Positions 1 through 9,978 of a stretch of 64,000 nt of DNA are shown in pieces. The stretch is from a virus. The translations under genes and the position numbers were made by a program. Below the pieces are notes generated by a model. It searched no databases. It had not been told where the DNA came from and was given only the letters and a program-made list of their open reading frames with translations. Position 1 is the first letter of the stretch. Each line of letters begins with the position of its first letter. The stretch lies in the IMG/VR virus record IMGVR_UViG_3300029922_000015, positions 1-64,000 of that record, one strand, 5' to 3'.

Positions 1-1
1 T

Positions 2-154
2 CTACTAGCTAATCCTACGAACTCTGGTGTTAAGGCCGATGTAAGCGGTGGATATGTTGTGACAACCGCAACCGATCCTCTAGCTGTAGGTCAAGTTTTG
101 GGCGCTGCCGATAAGGACGGATTTATCCTAGTCGATATCGACTGCCGTAGATAA
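2..154 (+). CDS. 3' end of probable capsid decoration/cement protein (partial)
   Basis: Frame open from the window start to TAA at 152-154 (...DPLAVGQVLGAADKDGFILVDIDCRR); lies directly upstream of the major capsid gene. Confidence 0.45.
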   Translation, partial: LLANPTNSGVKADVSGGYVVTTATDPLAVGQVLGAADKDGFILVDIDCRR

Positions 155-184
155 TCTTATAGAATACAGGAGAAATAGAAAAAT

Positions 185-1345
185 ATGCAACTTAATATTA
201 AAGACCTACCCGAACAAGTAGAACTCATCCGCCAGATGGGATCGAAAAATAAGGCAACCGCCGAGGCCGCTAAGGAAGCCTTCGCAGCCCTTCTTTCTCC
301 TACTCTCGGTTATGTTATCAACGAAGCCGATACTACCAAGCTTCTCTATAAAGACTTAATCTATAACGAAAATGATGATCCATCACTACCTCTAGAATTG
401 TTCTTGGGCGTAAACGAAGGGCATTTCTCAGTTTGGTCACAGTCTATGGCCGGTGGTTTACCTACCAACAACATCTATGAGCCAATCGATGAAGTTAAGT
501 TTTCTACTTATCGTCTAGATTCAGCTATTTCTTATCTAAGAAAGTATGCTACTCAGACTCGTCTCGATGTAGTTGGAAAGTCCCTAGAACGTTTGATGCA
601 GGAAATCCTACTCAAGCTAAATCGTAACGCTTGGACGGTTATTCTAACCGCCCTCGCTTCCGCAAATAACCAAGGACGCCAATCTGTGTTGCTAACACAG
701 GAAGGCGGAAATGGAACGATTTCTCTAGACGACATCAACAAGCTATTCACATTAATCAAGCGTCAAAACGAATCCTTTGCTGGTGGTACTCCTGCTACGC
801 AATACGGTAAGTTGACCGATTTGGTTATTTCGCCCGAATTGATGGAATTCATCAGAACGATGGCTTATAACCCTATCAACACTCGTTCCGCTCTTGGCGC
901 TGGTAACTTGACTGGTGGACTAACAAACACGAACTCCGCGACTGTAACGCTGCCTGACTCTGTAAGAGCACAGGCTTTCAGCGAAGCAGGAATGCAGAGC
1001 CTCTTGGGTGTTAACCTAATCGAAATGGTCGAATTGGGCGTAAATCAGAGATTTACTGTTCTATTCAATCAAATCGCTGCTCAGGCAGGCCAGCAATATA
1101 GCAAGCTAGACGGCACTGGAACTCAGTCTTTCGGTTCTGGAAACGACTTGGCTATCGGACTAAACCTAGCCGGAAACGATTTCGCTTTCCGCGCTATCGA
1201 AAGAGACTTGGATACGGGCTCTACTTTCACCCTACAGCCCGACGACCAGTTCAGTTCCCGTTCTGAAAGAATTGGATTCTATGGTTCATTACGTCTCGGT
1301 CATCTTTTGACTTCGACTCGCGAACTCGTTGGGCTCGTGATCTGA
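185..1345 (+). CDS. Major capsid protein (probable HK97 fold)
   Basis: 386 aa with AGGAG SD, followed by a strong terminator and neck/tail genes; capsid-like segments (TRLDVVGKSLERLMQEILLK, LTDLVISPE, ERIGFYG). Confidence 0.7.
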   Translation: MQLNIKDLPEQVELIRQMGSKNKATAEAAKEAFAALLSPTLGYVINEADTTKLLYKDLIYNENDDPSLPLELFLGVNEGHFSVWSQSMAGGLPTNNIYEPIDEVKFSTYRLDSAISYLRKYATQTRLDVVGKSLERLMQEILLKLNRNAWTVILTALASANNQGRQSVLLTQEGGNGTISLDDINKLFTLIKRQNESFAGGTPATQYGKLTDLVISPELMEFIRTMAYNPINTRSALGAGNLTGGLTNTNSATVTLPDSVRAQAFSEAGMQSLLGVNLIEMVELGVNQRFTVLFNQIAAQAGQQYSKLDGTGTQSFGSGNDLAIGLNLAGNDFAFRAIERDLDTGSTFTLQPDDQFSSRSERIGFYGSLRLGHLLTSTRELVGLVI

Positions 1346-1369
1346 TTAATAATCAATCACTTACAAATT

Positions 1370-1392
1370 ACCCGAAGAAATTCGGGTTTTTT
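1370..1392 (+). terminator. Intrinsic terminator after capsid gene
   Basis: ACCCGAA-GAAA-TTCGGGT followed by a T run. Confidence 0.85.
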
Positions 1393-1404
1393 GTTGAGAA
1401 AAAG

Positions 1405-1433
1405 TGGATATTTAGTCAATATAGTAATATAAT
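1405..1433 (+). promoter_or_regulatory. sigma70-like promoter, leaderless, for LAGLIDADG gene
   Basis: TGGATA-17 nt-TATAAT, with ATG 5 nt after the -10 box. Confidence 0.55.
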
Positions 1434-1438
1434 TATGT

Positions 1439-2296
1439 ATGATACAAATTAAGTGGCTACCTTGGGAAGATCGAATCTTGAAAGAAAATTTTCATCTTAC
1501 ATTTTATTCAATTCAAAAATTATTACCACATCGTTCTATTAGCTCGATTAATAATAGAGCGCTATATCTTAAGTTAAAAAAATATCAATATGGAAAATCA
1601 AAATATACTTTTAACGACAAATTTTGGTCAGAACCAAATTTAATAAACTCATATTGGGCGGGACAAATAGCAGCAGATGGATGCGTTCGTAAACAAGGAA
1701 AATGCACAATTCTTTCCATTTCCATTAATGCTATAGATAGAATTCTTTTAGATACTTTTATTAAAGATATTGAATATACCGGAAGTTATTTCCCGCATAC
1801 GAGATTAACAAAAAAGGGTAATATTTCAAAAATGCTTACCCTGAGACTAAATGGACTTAAACAGGCAGAAATAGACTTGGAGAATATATTTAATATTGTA
1901 CCTTTAAAAACAAAAATACTCAAACCCGCTAATCTATCCGACGATTTACAATTAGCTTACATTGTCGGATATACCGACGGAGATGGATGCATTTTTTGCA
2001 ACGATAAGGCGTTGATGGTAAAATATGTATCTTGTTCTTCTTCTATCATCGAATGGCTTAATATTTTTTTAAATATGAAATTTCCTATTAAAATACGAAA
2101 ACGAATAAGTAAAATAAAAAACTATAATAATCAATACTATCAAATTTGCTTCTGTGGAATTCAAGCCGCTATCATCATCGACACTCTTCGCCAACTTCCT
2201 ATCCCCAAACTAGATAGAAAATGGAATAATCCCAAAGTTTTAGATAGAATTGAAAAATACAAAAAAGAGTTTCCTAAATACTTTAACGTTGTGTAA
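1439..2296 (+). CDS. Free-standing LAGLIDADG homing endonuclease with N-terminal Myb-like HTH
   Basis: Two motifs, YWAGQIAADGCV and YIVGYTDGDGCI; N-terminal WEDRILKENF...HRSISSINNRA. Confidence 0.85.
   Translation: MIQIKWLPWEDRILKENFHLTFYSIQKLLPHRSISSINNRALYLKLKKYQYGKSKYTFNDKFWSEPNLINSYWAGQIAADGCVRKQGKCTILSISINAIDRILLDTFIKDIEYTGSYFPHTRLTKKGNISKMLTLRLNGLKQAEIDLENIFNIVPLKTKILKPANLSDDLQLAYIVGYTDGDGCIFCNDKALMVKYVSCSSSIIEWLNIFLNMKFPIKIRKRISKIKNYNNQYYQICFCGIQAAIIIDTLRQLPIPKLDRKWNNPKVLDRIEKYKKEFPKYFNVV
2291..2296 (+). promoter_or_regulatory. Putative late-promoter motif GTGTAA
   Basis: Same hexamer precedes many structural genes (also 3084, 5853 as CTGTAA, 7610, 9950, 20623, 55295). Confidence 0.55.
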
Positions 2297-2302
2297 TGGG
2301 CA

Positions 2303-2725
2303 GTGAAAGTACAAATCATTATGGCTACAAAAACTAAGAAAACTCGTAAACCTAACCTTAAGAAACTCAAGCGGATAGACGGACAGGACGATTCCGCGCA
2401 AGGGGCGGTTATTAAAGTCACCCCCACGAAAATTTATAGATCGATGGATGAGCTATTTGGTTTCCACGGGGCTACTTATAAGACCTATAACGAAACCGAA
2501 TATAGAACTTCCCTCGTCGGTTTAAACATCATCGATATTCAAAAAGAATGTTGGCGCACCGGACTTAATCCTAATGATAATCGCAATATTATGATCGAAC
2601 GTTTGATGAAGAAATTCCGTCAAGTAACGTCTTCGGTAAATGGCCCTGCTTTTAAGCCTATTAAAATTAACCAAACTCCAGAAATGCGTGTTCTTCTAGC
2701 AGAGGGCGCGAATAAGCCAAGATAA
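2303..2725 (+). CDS. Hypothetical basic protein in head module (start may be ATG 2321)
   Basis: ORF track; Lys-rich N-terminus; follows a GTGTAA motif. Confidence 0.6.
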   Translation: MKVQIIMATKTKKTRKPNLKKLKRIDGQDDSAQGAVIKVTPTKIYRSMDELFGFHGATYKTYNETEYRTSLVGLNIIDIQKECWRTGLNPNDNRNIMIERLMKKFRQVTSSVNGPAFKPIKINQTPEMRVLLAEGANKPR

Positions 2726-2853
2726 TGAAAAAGAAATTGCCAACAAAGCAAGTCAATGGGAAGGTAGAGGATTCGAGAGACTTTAAAGATAAGAATCTCG
2801 TGACTGCTACTATTGACAAAGCTAAGAAGAGCCAGACAAAGTTTAGCTCTTAA
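2725..2853 (+). CDS. Small basic protein, 42 aa (MKKKLPTKQVNGKVEDSRDF...)
   Basis: TAATG translational coupling to the upstream gene; N-terminus resembles KKLKRIDGQDD of that gene. Confidence 0.5.
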   Translation: MKKKLPTKQVNGKVEDSRDFKDKNLVTATIDKAKKSQTKFSS

Positions 2854-2912
2854 GTTTCCTTAATTGAATTAATCGATACAGATGAACTGTGTCGATATTT
2901 AAAAAGGAAACT

Positions 2913-3089
2913 ATGCACGTTATATTCATTATTGACCCTCACCAAAGAAATCGACTCGGCGACTACCTATGCTGGCGCGAGTTCTACTCCGATGATATTT
3001 TCGGAGCGATAGAGATAAAGAAACATGTTGAAGCGGGAAGATGGGTTTGTCCGTATCTTAAGGAGGAACACGAGAGCTACTTAGTGTAA
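2913..3089 (+). CDS. Hypothetical protein
   Basis: ATG 2913 preceded by AAGGA SD (ORF track starts at 2889); ends in GTG-TAA. Confidence 0.5.
   Translation: MHVIFIIDPHQRNRLGDYLCWREFYSDDIFGAIEIKKHVEAGRWVCPYLKEEHESYLV
3084..3089 (+). promoter_or_regulatory. Putative late-promoter motif GTGTAA
   Basis: GTGTAAATACTATT directly before ATG 3098, no SD. Confidence 0.6.
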
Positions 3090-3097
3090 ATACTATT

Positions 3098-3745
3098 ATG
3101 CCCGATTTCGATTCTAGTTTTGAGTTTTTTGGTTCTGGAGTTTCAGGATCAGGAATACAGACAACCTATTTTACTGGCGCTCCAGACCCGGATTCCGTAC
3201 CCTTATTTTGTGGTACTAATCTGGGTTTATTTGCTAGCGGTATCGCCAATGATTTAATGTTGGGTTCTGGTACCGCGTTCTCCGTTGCTTATATTTCTGG
3301 TTGGCTCGACAATCACATTGGAGAGTTAAATAATAGTTTACAAACTACATTTAATACCGTTTCCGGCTTTGCTGTTCCTCCTATGAATTATCAGGAAGTG
3401 GCGGTTTACCAAGAAATGTTTACCAACTACTATTATCTAAGAAATGCTAATAATCTTCTTGGCGCATCTCAGTTTGATTGGACTAGCTTACAGGAAGCGG
3501 ACTCTAGAATCGTTAAGGTTTCTCGTAATGAATTAGCAAAGACGTTCCGAGGAATGGCTCAAGATTCTCAACAAAAACTATATTATATGATAGCTCAGTA
3601 TAAATTAAATGTTGGTCAGCCTTTAGCTGTTGTCGGCGACGATACTATTTTTGCCCCTTATACTGACCGTTATATGTATGGCGGGTTTGCGGATACTATT
3701 TTTCCTTACTACGACTGGTTCTTTGTTCGGTCATCTTCGTTTTAA
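3098..3745 (+). CDS. Putative head-tail adaptor/neck protein
   Basis: Position after capsid; helical adaptor-like C-half (WTSLQEADSRIVKVSRNELAKTFR). Confidence 0.5.
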   Translation: MPDFDSSFEFFGSGVSGSGIQTTYFTGAPDPDSVPLFCGTNLGLFASGIANDLMLGSGTAFSVAYISGWLDNHIGELNNSLQTTFNTVSGFAVPPMNYQEVAVYQEMFTNYYYLRNANNLLGASQFDWTSLQEADSRIVKVSRNELAKTFRGMAQDSQQKLYYMIAQYKLNVGQPLAVVGDDTIFAPYTDRYMYGGFADTIFPYYDWFFVRSSSF

Positions 3746-3747
3746 TT

Positions 3748-4245
3748 ATGGAAGGCAATGGAAATATTTTTCTTTCGGACGCGGAAAAGCAATCTTATCA
3801 GCAAGATTTAGCTAACATTCACGATATATTTGTTCGCCCTTTCACGGTTTTCCGTCAAGCAGAACGAGTGGTAATGAGCGAAAACCCAAACTTTGTTTTT
3901 CCTTACGGAGATAATCAAGAAAACACAAGCTCATCTGGATATGTTATTCAATCCGGCGTAATAGACGCGAGAATCTGGTATATGCCGGGCATAGCCGGAA
4001 ATAAAGAATTACTAGAAACCTCTAGTTCGGATAGAGAATTTTCGGCACGAGGAGAACCTCAAATTCGTTTTCGCAATGATAAAAATTACGTTCGATTGAA
4101 ATTAAATTGCAGCGGATATGATTTCATTAACGGAGCTAAGACTGTTCAGATTGACGATAATAATTTTAATTTTTTCACAGCTTATCGTCGTCACGGATTA
4201 TTTACTCCTGAATTTTGGACGGTATGGTTAGAACAAAATAGTTAA
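3748..4245 (+). CDS. Putative head-closure/neck protein
   Basis: Synteny between adaptor and tail-completion genes; beta-rich. Confidence 0.45.
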   Translation: MEGNGNIFLSDAEKQSYQQDLANIHDIFVRPFTVFRQAERVVMSENPNFVFPYGDNQENTSSSGYVIQSGVIDARIWYMPGIAGNKELLETSSSDREFSARGEPQIRFRNDKNYVRLKLNCSGYDFINGAKTVQIDDNNFNFFTAYRRHGLFTPEFWTVWLEQNS

Positions 4246-4246
4246 T

Positions 4247-4909
4247 ATGGCAACGGGAAGAATTAATGTTACAGAAATCAGAGCCGCCATTCTTCGTAAT
4301 AGAGGATTGGATGAGTATGCCGTGTCCTTAATTCAAGATAGATTTGAGGTTTCTAAGGAAAAAATGTTAGATCAATTCGATCGACATGTCGTTACCGAAG
4401 AAATTCTAGAGGGGCCGCAAGGAGATAATATTTCAGGAACCCTTTCGCGGGCTAAAGTACCGGGCAATCTTTGTGCATTTTTAGGATTTGTGGACGGATC
4501 GGAAGAAGAAGAAATCGCAGATTTACATTCTTTAATTGATCAATCTGTAAGATTAAATACAATTCCTGTAAAAAGTTCAGGAGGTAATTTCATTACTTAT
4601 CGTTTTACAGCTAGAATTCCAACGCAAGAAGAAATTTATAAAAACACCCCCGTCCAGTGGGGAGAAACTTCGGGAAATCGTTCTTGGGTAGCTATAGTAG
4701 AAGAAGGAACGGATACTTTCTCTTATTATTTATATAAACATTGGGTTAATGGTCGATCTAAAGAAGGTATTCAGGCTAAAACCAAGGACGGACAACTTAT
4801 TGTCGTTAATCAAGGATCATTTAAGCCCACCCCTTATACAAAAGAAATACTTAAAAACTTTGTTGAGTCTGTCGGCTCAACCGATTTCTATCACGCTTTT
4901 GGAGAATAA
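4247..4909 (+). CDS. Putative neck/tail-completion protein
   Basis: Synteny; WVAIVEEGT motif reminiscent of HK97 gp10-like neck proteins. Confidence 0.45.
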   Translation: MATGRINVTEIRAAILRNRGLDEYAVSLIQDRFEVSKEKMLDQFDRHVVTEEILEGPQGDNISGTLSRAKVPGNLCAFLGFVDGSEEEEIADLHSLIDQSVRLNTIPVKSSGGNFITYRFTARIPTQEEIYKNTPVQWGETSGNRSWVAIVEEGTDTFSYYLYKHWVNGRSKEGIQAKTKDGQLIVVNQGSFKPTPYTKEILKNFVESVGSTDFYHAFGE

Positions 4910-5826
4910 TGAAGTTAACATACGATCACGTTCTTGTTGCAAGTTTTATGTCTTGGTTTGACTTTACTTTAGTCAACAACGGCGGAGCTTTCTTTAACGC
5001 TAGTTCTTTGCTTTATCCTACTAAAAGTGATTATTATAGTAATCAGTATCTTTATTCTGCTCCTTATAGACCTTGGGCTTATGATACTGGAGTTTCTGGC
5101 GTAAGCGTTCCTACGGGTGTTTACGATGCCAATGGAAATTTTTTGACCAGAGATTCTGGTATTTATATTAGTTTCGATAAAGGGGTTATTGGCTCTAATT
5201 CTCCTTTAGCCGCGCCTTTGAGTGGGAGCTATACGGTTCGCGAATTCGATGTCTTCTATACCAATGAAGATGAAGATACTTTTATTTCTCAAACTAAATT
5301 CGAGCACAAGCCTCAAACTTCGATGCAAATCCCGTCAACGGGACTTCCTTATAGTACGAGAACCTTTCCTTGTTGCGCTGTTAAATATAATGCGGGGGAT
5401 AATAAAGACTTTATGTTCGGCGGAACTCAGAATACCGTATCTCAATTCCGAGTCTTGGTTGTGGCGGATAGTTCCTTTCAAATAGATGGAGTTCTATCTA
5501 TATTTCGAGATTCTAGACTTTCTAACTTTACTCTTTTAGACCCATCTCAATTGCCTTTTAATTCGGTGGGAGATTATAAAGGAGGGGTTCCTTTTAATTA
5601 CTTAAATAATATAAGCACTAACCCTGAAAACTTTATTTGGATCAGCGATGTCGATTGTTTAAAACTCTCAGATGCCGCCGCAACTCGCGTAGGACAAAAG
5701 CTTTATACCGCAATGATCGATTTCACCGTCGAGCGCCCTCGCAACGTCAAACTAACCTTTAGCCCTTTAAGTGGATATGCGGATTTTCGCGTAACAGAAG
5801 ACGGCTATATTCGAATTACTGAATAA
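4909..5826 (+). CDS. Putative tail terminator/completion protein
   Basis: Immediately upstream of the tail tube gene; TFPCCAV...FMFGG...FRVLVVAD pattern. Confidence 0.45.
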   Translation: MKLTYDHVLVASFMSWFDFTLVNNGGAFFNASSLLYPTKSDYYSNQYLYSAPYRPWAYDTGVSGVSVPTGVYDANGNFLTRDSGIYISFDKGVIGSNSPLAAPLSGSYTVREFDVFYTNEDEDTFISQTKFEHKPQTSMQIPSTGLPYSTRTFPCCAVKYNAGDNKDFMFGGTQNTVSQFRVLVVADSSFQIDGVLSIFRDSRLSNFTLLDPSQLPFNSVGDYKGGVPFNYLNNISTNPENFIWISDVDCLKLSDAAATRVGQKLYTAMIDFTVERPRNVKLTFSPLSGYADFRVTEDGYIRITE

Positions 5827-5893
5827 AATAGTTTCTCACCGTTTAAATTAGCCTGTAATCATTTATGAAACTTTAATAGGAGATTAATCTACC

Positions 5894-6985
5894 ATGCCAC
5901 GCCAACGTACAATTTATCAGAGTGAAGCCCTTTTCGTCGGCCCTACGCCAGCTACAGGAGCACACTTTCTTTATGACGGTTCCGGTAATATTACCGGCAA
6001 TCTTATTCAGCAATTGGATCGTATTCAGTCTTCCAATCATAATTTCAATGTTCCACGTCAAGACGTTAACGAATATGGTGTTCTTGCCGCTATTGACCGT
6101 GTTATTCTTGATTCTCCTACAGTAGCTTTGGACTTTTCTTATCTTATCAGAAATGCCCTAAACGAAGAAAAGCTAGGTTTAGTTGTAGACGGTTCCTCGG
6201 GAGTGCTTTCTAACCTTATTAACGCCAGCCAAGATCAAAAGAATTACTTTATTCTTGAAGTTCCTGAAGGCAATGATGCGGTTGGTGGAGATACTAATGA
6301 AGCCGCTAACGGTGTTCATGGTATCGGTAACGGATTTATTTCCTCTCTATCTTGGGAAGGTCAAGTCGGACAATTTCCTAAATCTACCGTTCAAGTACAG
6401 GCTTTCAACTACAAGGTCGATATTGGTTCTTCTGGAAATAATATTCCCGCAATCAATACTTCTAACGGTCTATTAATTACAGGTCAGGCTTATGCTCTAC
6501 CCGCTACGACAACCGGCGTTGGTGTTTCCGTATTAAAGCCCGGAGATATTACCCTGTCCCTATCTGGAGTACAAGGTTATAGCATCGCGGATTTGAAGAT
6601 TCAAAGCTTCCGTTTGAACGCTCCTATTACCCGCGAACCAATTCAGAAGCTAGGAAGCAGATTCCCCTTCGCTCGTTTGATTCGTTTCCCAATTAACGCG
6701 ACCCTCGAAGTATCGGCGGTTGTGGGTGATTTGAATGCGACCGATCTAGCGGATGTGCTCTGCAACGATCAAGCTTATAACCTAACGGTTAACCTAGCCC
6801 TTCCTTCTTGTTCGGGCAATGGTGCTACGGCGGTTCAATATACGTTGCTTGGAGCTAAGTTGGACAGCCAGAATTCTTCTGCCAATGTTGGAAGTAATAA
6901 TTCCCTAACTTTAAATTGGCTAACTCCGCTAGGTGGCCCGAACGATAATCAACATAACCTATACATTTCGGGAGTTTTAAATTAA
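5894..6985 (+). CDS. Major tail tube protein
   Basis: AGGAG SD, followed by terminator, chaperones and tape measure; two repeated tube-like halves (RIQSSNHNFNVPRQDVNEYG / KIQSFRLNAPITREPIQKLG). Confidence 0.7.
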   Translation: MPRQRTIYQSEALFVGPTPATGAHFLYDGSGNITGNLIQQLDRIQSSNHNFNVPRQDVNEYGVLAAIDRVILDSPTVALDFSYLIRNALNEEKLGLVVDGSSGVLSNLINASQDQKNYFILEVPEGNDAVGGDTNEAANGVHGIGNGFISSLSWEGQVGQFPKSTVQVQAFNYKVDIGSSGNNIPAINTSNGLLITGQAYALPATTTGVGVSVLKPGDITLSLSGVQGYSIADLKIQSFRLNAPITREPIQKLGSRFPFARLIRFPINATLEVSAVVGDLNATDLADVLCNDQAYNLTVNLALPSCSGNGATAVQYTLLGAKLDSQNSSANVGSNNSLTLNWLTPLGGPNDNQHNLYISGVLN

Positions 6986-7011
6986 TAAAGAAATTTAGGA
7001 AAGACACAAAT

Positions 7012-7034
7012 AGCCCCCTTTTGGGGGCTTTTTT
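7012..7034 (+). terminator. Intrinsic terminator after tail tube gene
   Basis: AGCCCCC-TTTT-GGGGGCT followed by TTTTT. Confidence 0.9.
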
Positions 7035-7069
7035 GTGTATTTTTTGGCCGAATCTTCATATAATCTAAT

Positions 7070-7615
7070 ATGCCCGAGAGAATTAATTTAGAAAAACAAA
7101 AATTTGGAAAATTAACCGTATTATTTTGTACGAATTTAAAGGATAATGATAATCGTTTACTTTGGAAATGTCAATGCGATTGTGGAAACGAAACGAATAT
7201 CGCTGGAAAAAGATTAAGAGACGGACGCACAAAATCTTGTGGATGCATTAATAAAGCGCGAGGAAAAGATAGTATTGTTTGGCAGGGTTATGGTGAAATC
7301 AGCAAAACATATTTTAACCAAGCTAAATTAGGAGCTTATAAAAGAGATTTTCCTTTTGAAATTTCCATAGAAGATATGCATAATCAATTTTTAAAACAAA
7401 ATAGAAAATGCGCTTTGTCCGGGTTAGAATTAACATTTTCATCTTTAGCTCATTCGGGAGACGGAAACGCTTCTCTAGACCGCATCAATTCTCAAAAGGG
7501 TTATACAAAAGATAATATTCAATGGGTCGATAAGGATGTCAATAGGATGAAACAGCATTTCCCCGAAGATAAATTTATTAAACTTTGTAAGCTTATTGCG
7601 CAACATAACGTGTAA
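7070..7615 (+). CDS. HNH-type (His-Me finger) homing endonuclease
   Basis: KFGKLTV...WKCQCDCGN...KSCGC DNA-binding module plus CALSG...ASLDRINSQKGY..DNIQWV..DVNRMK; own TATAAT at 7059-7064. Confidence 0.8.
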   Translation: MPERINLEKQKFGKLTVLFCTNLKDNDNRLLWKCQCDCGNETNIAGKRLRDGRTKSCGCINKARGKDSIVWQGYGEISKTYFNQAKLGAYKRDFPFEISIEDMHNQFLKQNRKCALSGLELTFSSLAHSGDGNASLDRINSQKGYTKDNIQWVDKDVNRMKQHFPEDKFIKLCKLIAQHNV

Positions 7616-7648
7616 TCTTATTTAGGAAAAAGGTTAGTAAAAGGAAAT

Positions 7649-7972
7649 ATGGAATTTAGTTCAGAAGAGCAAAGAATTTTGCATTTTCAAGTATCGCGCC
7701 TAATTACCGCTTTGTTTAAAAACTATTTGTTTTTAGCAGACGATATTAGAGAACAACACGATCAAATGCTTGATAAAATTGACGGTTTATTATCTGAAGA
7801 TGAAAAGCATAAACTGGATTTGGTCGATTACCTAGATGATGCTAAATATAAATACATTAGAAAAAGAATTCTTGATTTGGGAAATGACGCCAATAGAGAA
7901 TTTGAAAACATTTTAAGTCAATATGACATCCAATTCAAAGATAATCGACTTGGCGAGAAGCCGCTTCAATAG
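7649..7972 (+). CDS. Hypothetical protein (tail module)
   Basis: ORF track; GTGTAA at 7610 and AAGGA SD upstream. Confidence 0.6.
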   Translation: MEFSSEEQRILHFQVSRLITALFKNYLFLADDIREQHDQMLDKIDGLLSEDEKHKLDLVDYLDDAKYKYIRKRILDLGNDANREFENILSQYDIQFKDNRLGEKPLQ

Positions 7973-8198
7973 TTTAAGTTTAAAAGATGTAGTACAAAAT
8001 AATATTTCACTCCAATCTACAGAAAGAACATTAATAAAAGAATTTAACATCTCCCCAAACAACGTTAGCGCGGATTATTTTTTAGGAGATAATTTCAAAC
8101 AAAAATTCATAGGATTTACGGAAGAAAAGAAAACTAAGTTTTGTCGGTTATTAGGAGGTATGAGAAGCAAGGAATTACAAAAGGAATTATGTCAATAA
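7923..8198 (+). CDS. Hypothetical protein
   Basis: Fills the gap between neighbours but overlaps the upstream gene by 50 nt. Confidence 0.35.
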   Translation: MTSNSKIIDLARSRFNSLSLKDVVQNNISLQSTERTLIKEFNISPNNVSADYFLGDNFKQKFIGFTEEKKTKFCRLLGGMRSKELQKELCQ

Positions 8199-8962
8199 AA
8201 ACGCTATATACATTCGAGGTTAATAAGGAAATTGAAGTCGATAAGGAAGAAAAGGTAGATGGGGGGACTTTGGTTAAGAAAGTTAAGTCTACTAAGCCAG
8301 TTCGGTTCGCTATACGCAAGCCCAATCGATCCACAATCGATTCCTGTGAACGTTTTTATAGTGTTGAGTACAATAAGGCCATTACCGACGGATTAATGCC
8401 TAGAGCCCTTTTTGCTAAAAGACTAAATAACGACAACGGTATTTTTTCAGAAGCCCAAATGAAGGAATTGCAAGGGCTATATACTAAATTTATTGACATT
8501 GGTAATGACATTGTTTCTTTTTCGGCTAAAAAGCCAGAAGATCGAACCGATGAAGAAAAAAAGCAAAATGAAGAAGCGGTTATTCAATACGCCGATATTC
8601 AACAAAAACTCAATAACTATGAATTAGCTAAACAAAGTATTTTCGATAATACGGCAGAATCCGCTGCTATGGTAAAAGCTATTTCTTGGTATGTTCTTTT
8701 TTTAAGTTATAAAGAAAACGATAAAGGAGAGTTCGAACCTCTTTATAAAGGAGATAGCTATAACGAAAAAATCGAATTTTACGACGAACTGGAAGAACAC
8801 GAGGATTCTTTTTTACTTGGTGTGGCGCGTCGATTAAATAATCTAATTACCCAATTGTATTTGGGAAGAGTAAGAACCGAAGAGGACTTAAAAGCATTAG
8901 ACGATAGAGAGAATTCTACTTTAGGTAAGAAAGAAGAATCGGAAGAAAAGAGTGAAGGATAA
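8189..8962 (+). CDS. Putative tail assembly chaperone
   Basis: Charged helical protein between tube and tape measure; ATG 8189 with AAGGA SD preferred over 8141. Confidence 0.55.
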   Translation: MSIKTLYTFEVNKEIEVDKEEKVDGGTLVKKVKSTKPVRFAIRKPNRSTIDSCERFYSVEYNKAITDGLMPRALFAKRLNNDNGIFSEAQMKELQGLYTKFIDIGNDIVSFSAKKPEDRTDEEKKQNEEAVIQYADIQQKLNNYELAKQSIFDNTAESAAMVKAISWYVLFLSYKENDKGEFEPLYKGDSYNEKIEFYDELEEHEDSFLLGVARRLNNLITQLYLGRVRTEEDLKALDDRENSTLGKKEESEEKSEG

Positions 8963-9938
8963 AGAGCTTTCCTTTTTACGCAGAACTTATTCTGATATAA
9001 TTCAAGGATTTTCTTCTCTTATCTTCAATGGCGATAAGATTTTAATTAAACATTTCACTTCCTTAGATCAAGGATTGATTGACGCGGATTACGAATTTCA
9101 TTTTGAAGACGCTATTAAAGAGGGATTACCTAATATAGAAGAACGTTTGAATTTAATGATTCAACAAGGGCTTTGGGGCAAGAGCGACGAAGCGTGGATC
9201 GCCAATCAAAAATTCTATATCGATAATTTGGCGAAAACAAAATCGAAAATGACTTGGCAATCTCAGATCGAAGAGATTAATAAACAAATTACTGAAGCCG
9301 AAGTCGAACTAAAGAAAAAGGAAGGCGACAAGAAAGAATTATTGGGCCTTGTGGCAGAATCTTACGCCTCTAAAAAGGTCAATGAAAATTATATTTATCA
9401 TTCCTTTAGAAAAGAAAATATAAATGAGCGATTTTTTTCTCAGGAGGATTTCGATGAACTATCTATTTTCGAATTAAATATCCTAGCTGGACTTTACACC
9501 AAAACATTATCGCCTTTTAATTCTAAAAATATAAAGAAGATAGGCTTAGCTTCTTTTTTTCAATCCTCTTATTCGATTTGTGGAGATAATCCCCAAACGT
9601 TCTTCGGAAAGTCCGTGTGCGATTTAACCTTTTATCAATCGGAAATTTTCACTTATGGTCGATTTTTTAAAAGTATTCTTTCGGCTGATATCAAGCCAGA
9701 CGACGAAACCCTAGCTGATCCAGATAAACTAATTGATTGGTATATGAGTTCTAAGAATGCCCAAGACATCATTGGGCCGGTGGCAGACGATAATAATGGA
9801 GCTACACACGTCTTCGGAGCTAAGAAGTCTGATATTACGGCGGCTGGAGCCCATCTCTCTTTAAGCCCCGTACAGAGAGCTTTAAAGGACAAAAAGGGGC
9901 TTTCTATGGAAGACGTAATAAGGCATCATGGACTTTAA
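8952..9938 (+). CDS. Putative second tail assembly chaperone
   Basis: Directly before the tape measure; KPDDETLADPDKLIDWY motif. Confidence 0.5.
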   Translation: MKDKELSFLRRTYSDIIQGFSSLIFNGDKILIKHFTSLDQGLIDADYEFHFEDAIKEGLPNIEERLNLMIQQGLWGKSDEAWIANQKFYIDNLAKTKSKMTWQSQIEEINKQITEAEVELKKKEGDKKELLGLVAESYASKKVNENYIYHSFRKENINERFFSQEDFDELSIFELNILAGLYTKTLSPFNSKNIKKIGLASFFQSSYSICGDNPQTFFGKSVCDLTFYQSEIFTYGRFFKSILSADIKPDDETLADPDKLIDWYMSSKNAQDIIGPVADDNNGATHVFGAKKSDITAAGAHLSLSPVQRALKDKKGLSMEDVIRHHGL

Positions 9939-9949
9939 GTAAATTATTG

Positions 9950-9955
9950 GTGTAA
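9950..9955 (+). promoter_or_regulatory. Putative late-promoter motif GTGTAA
   Basis: Intergenic, upstream of the tape measure gene. Confidence 0.55.
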
Positions 9956-9978
9956 TATATTAGTACGGAATAAGGGTT

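Noticed and set aside
8930-8962. Programmed -1 frameshift between tail chaperones
   Set aside because: The downstream ORF is in the +1 frame, has its own GTG start, and I see no XXXYYYZ slippery heptamer.
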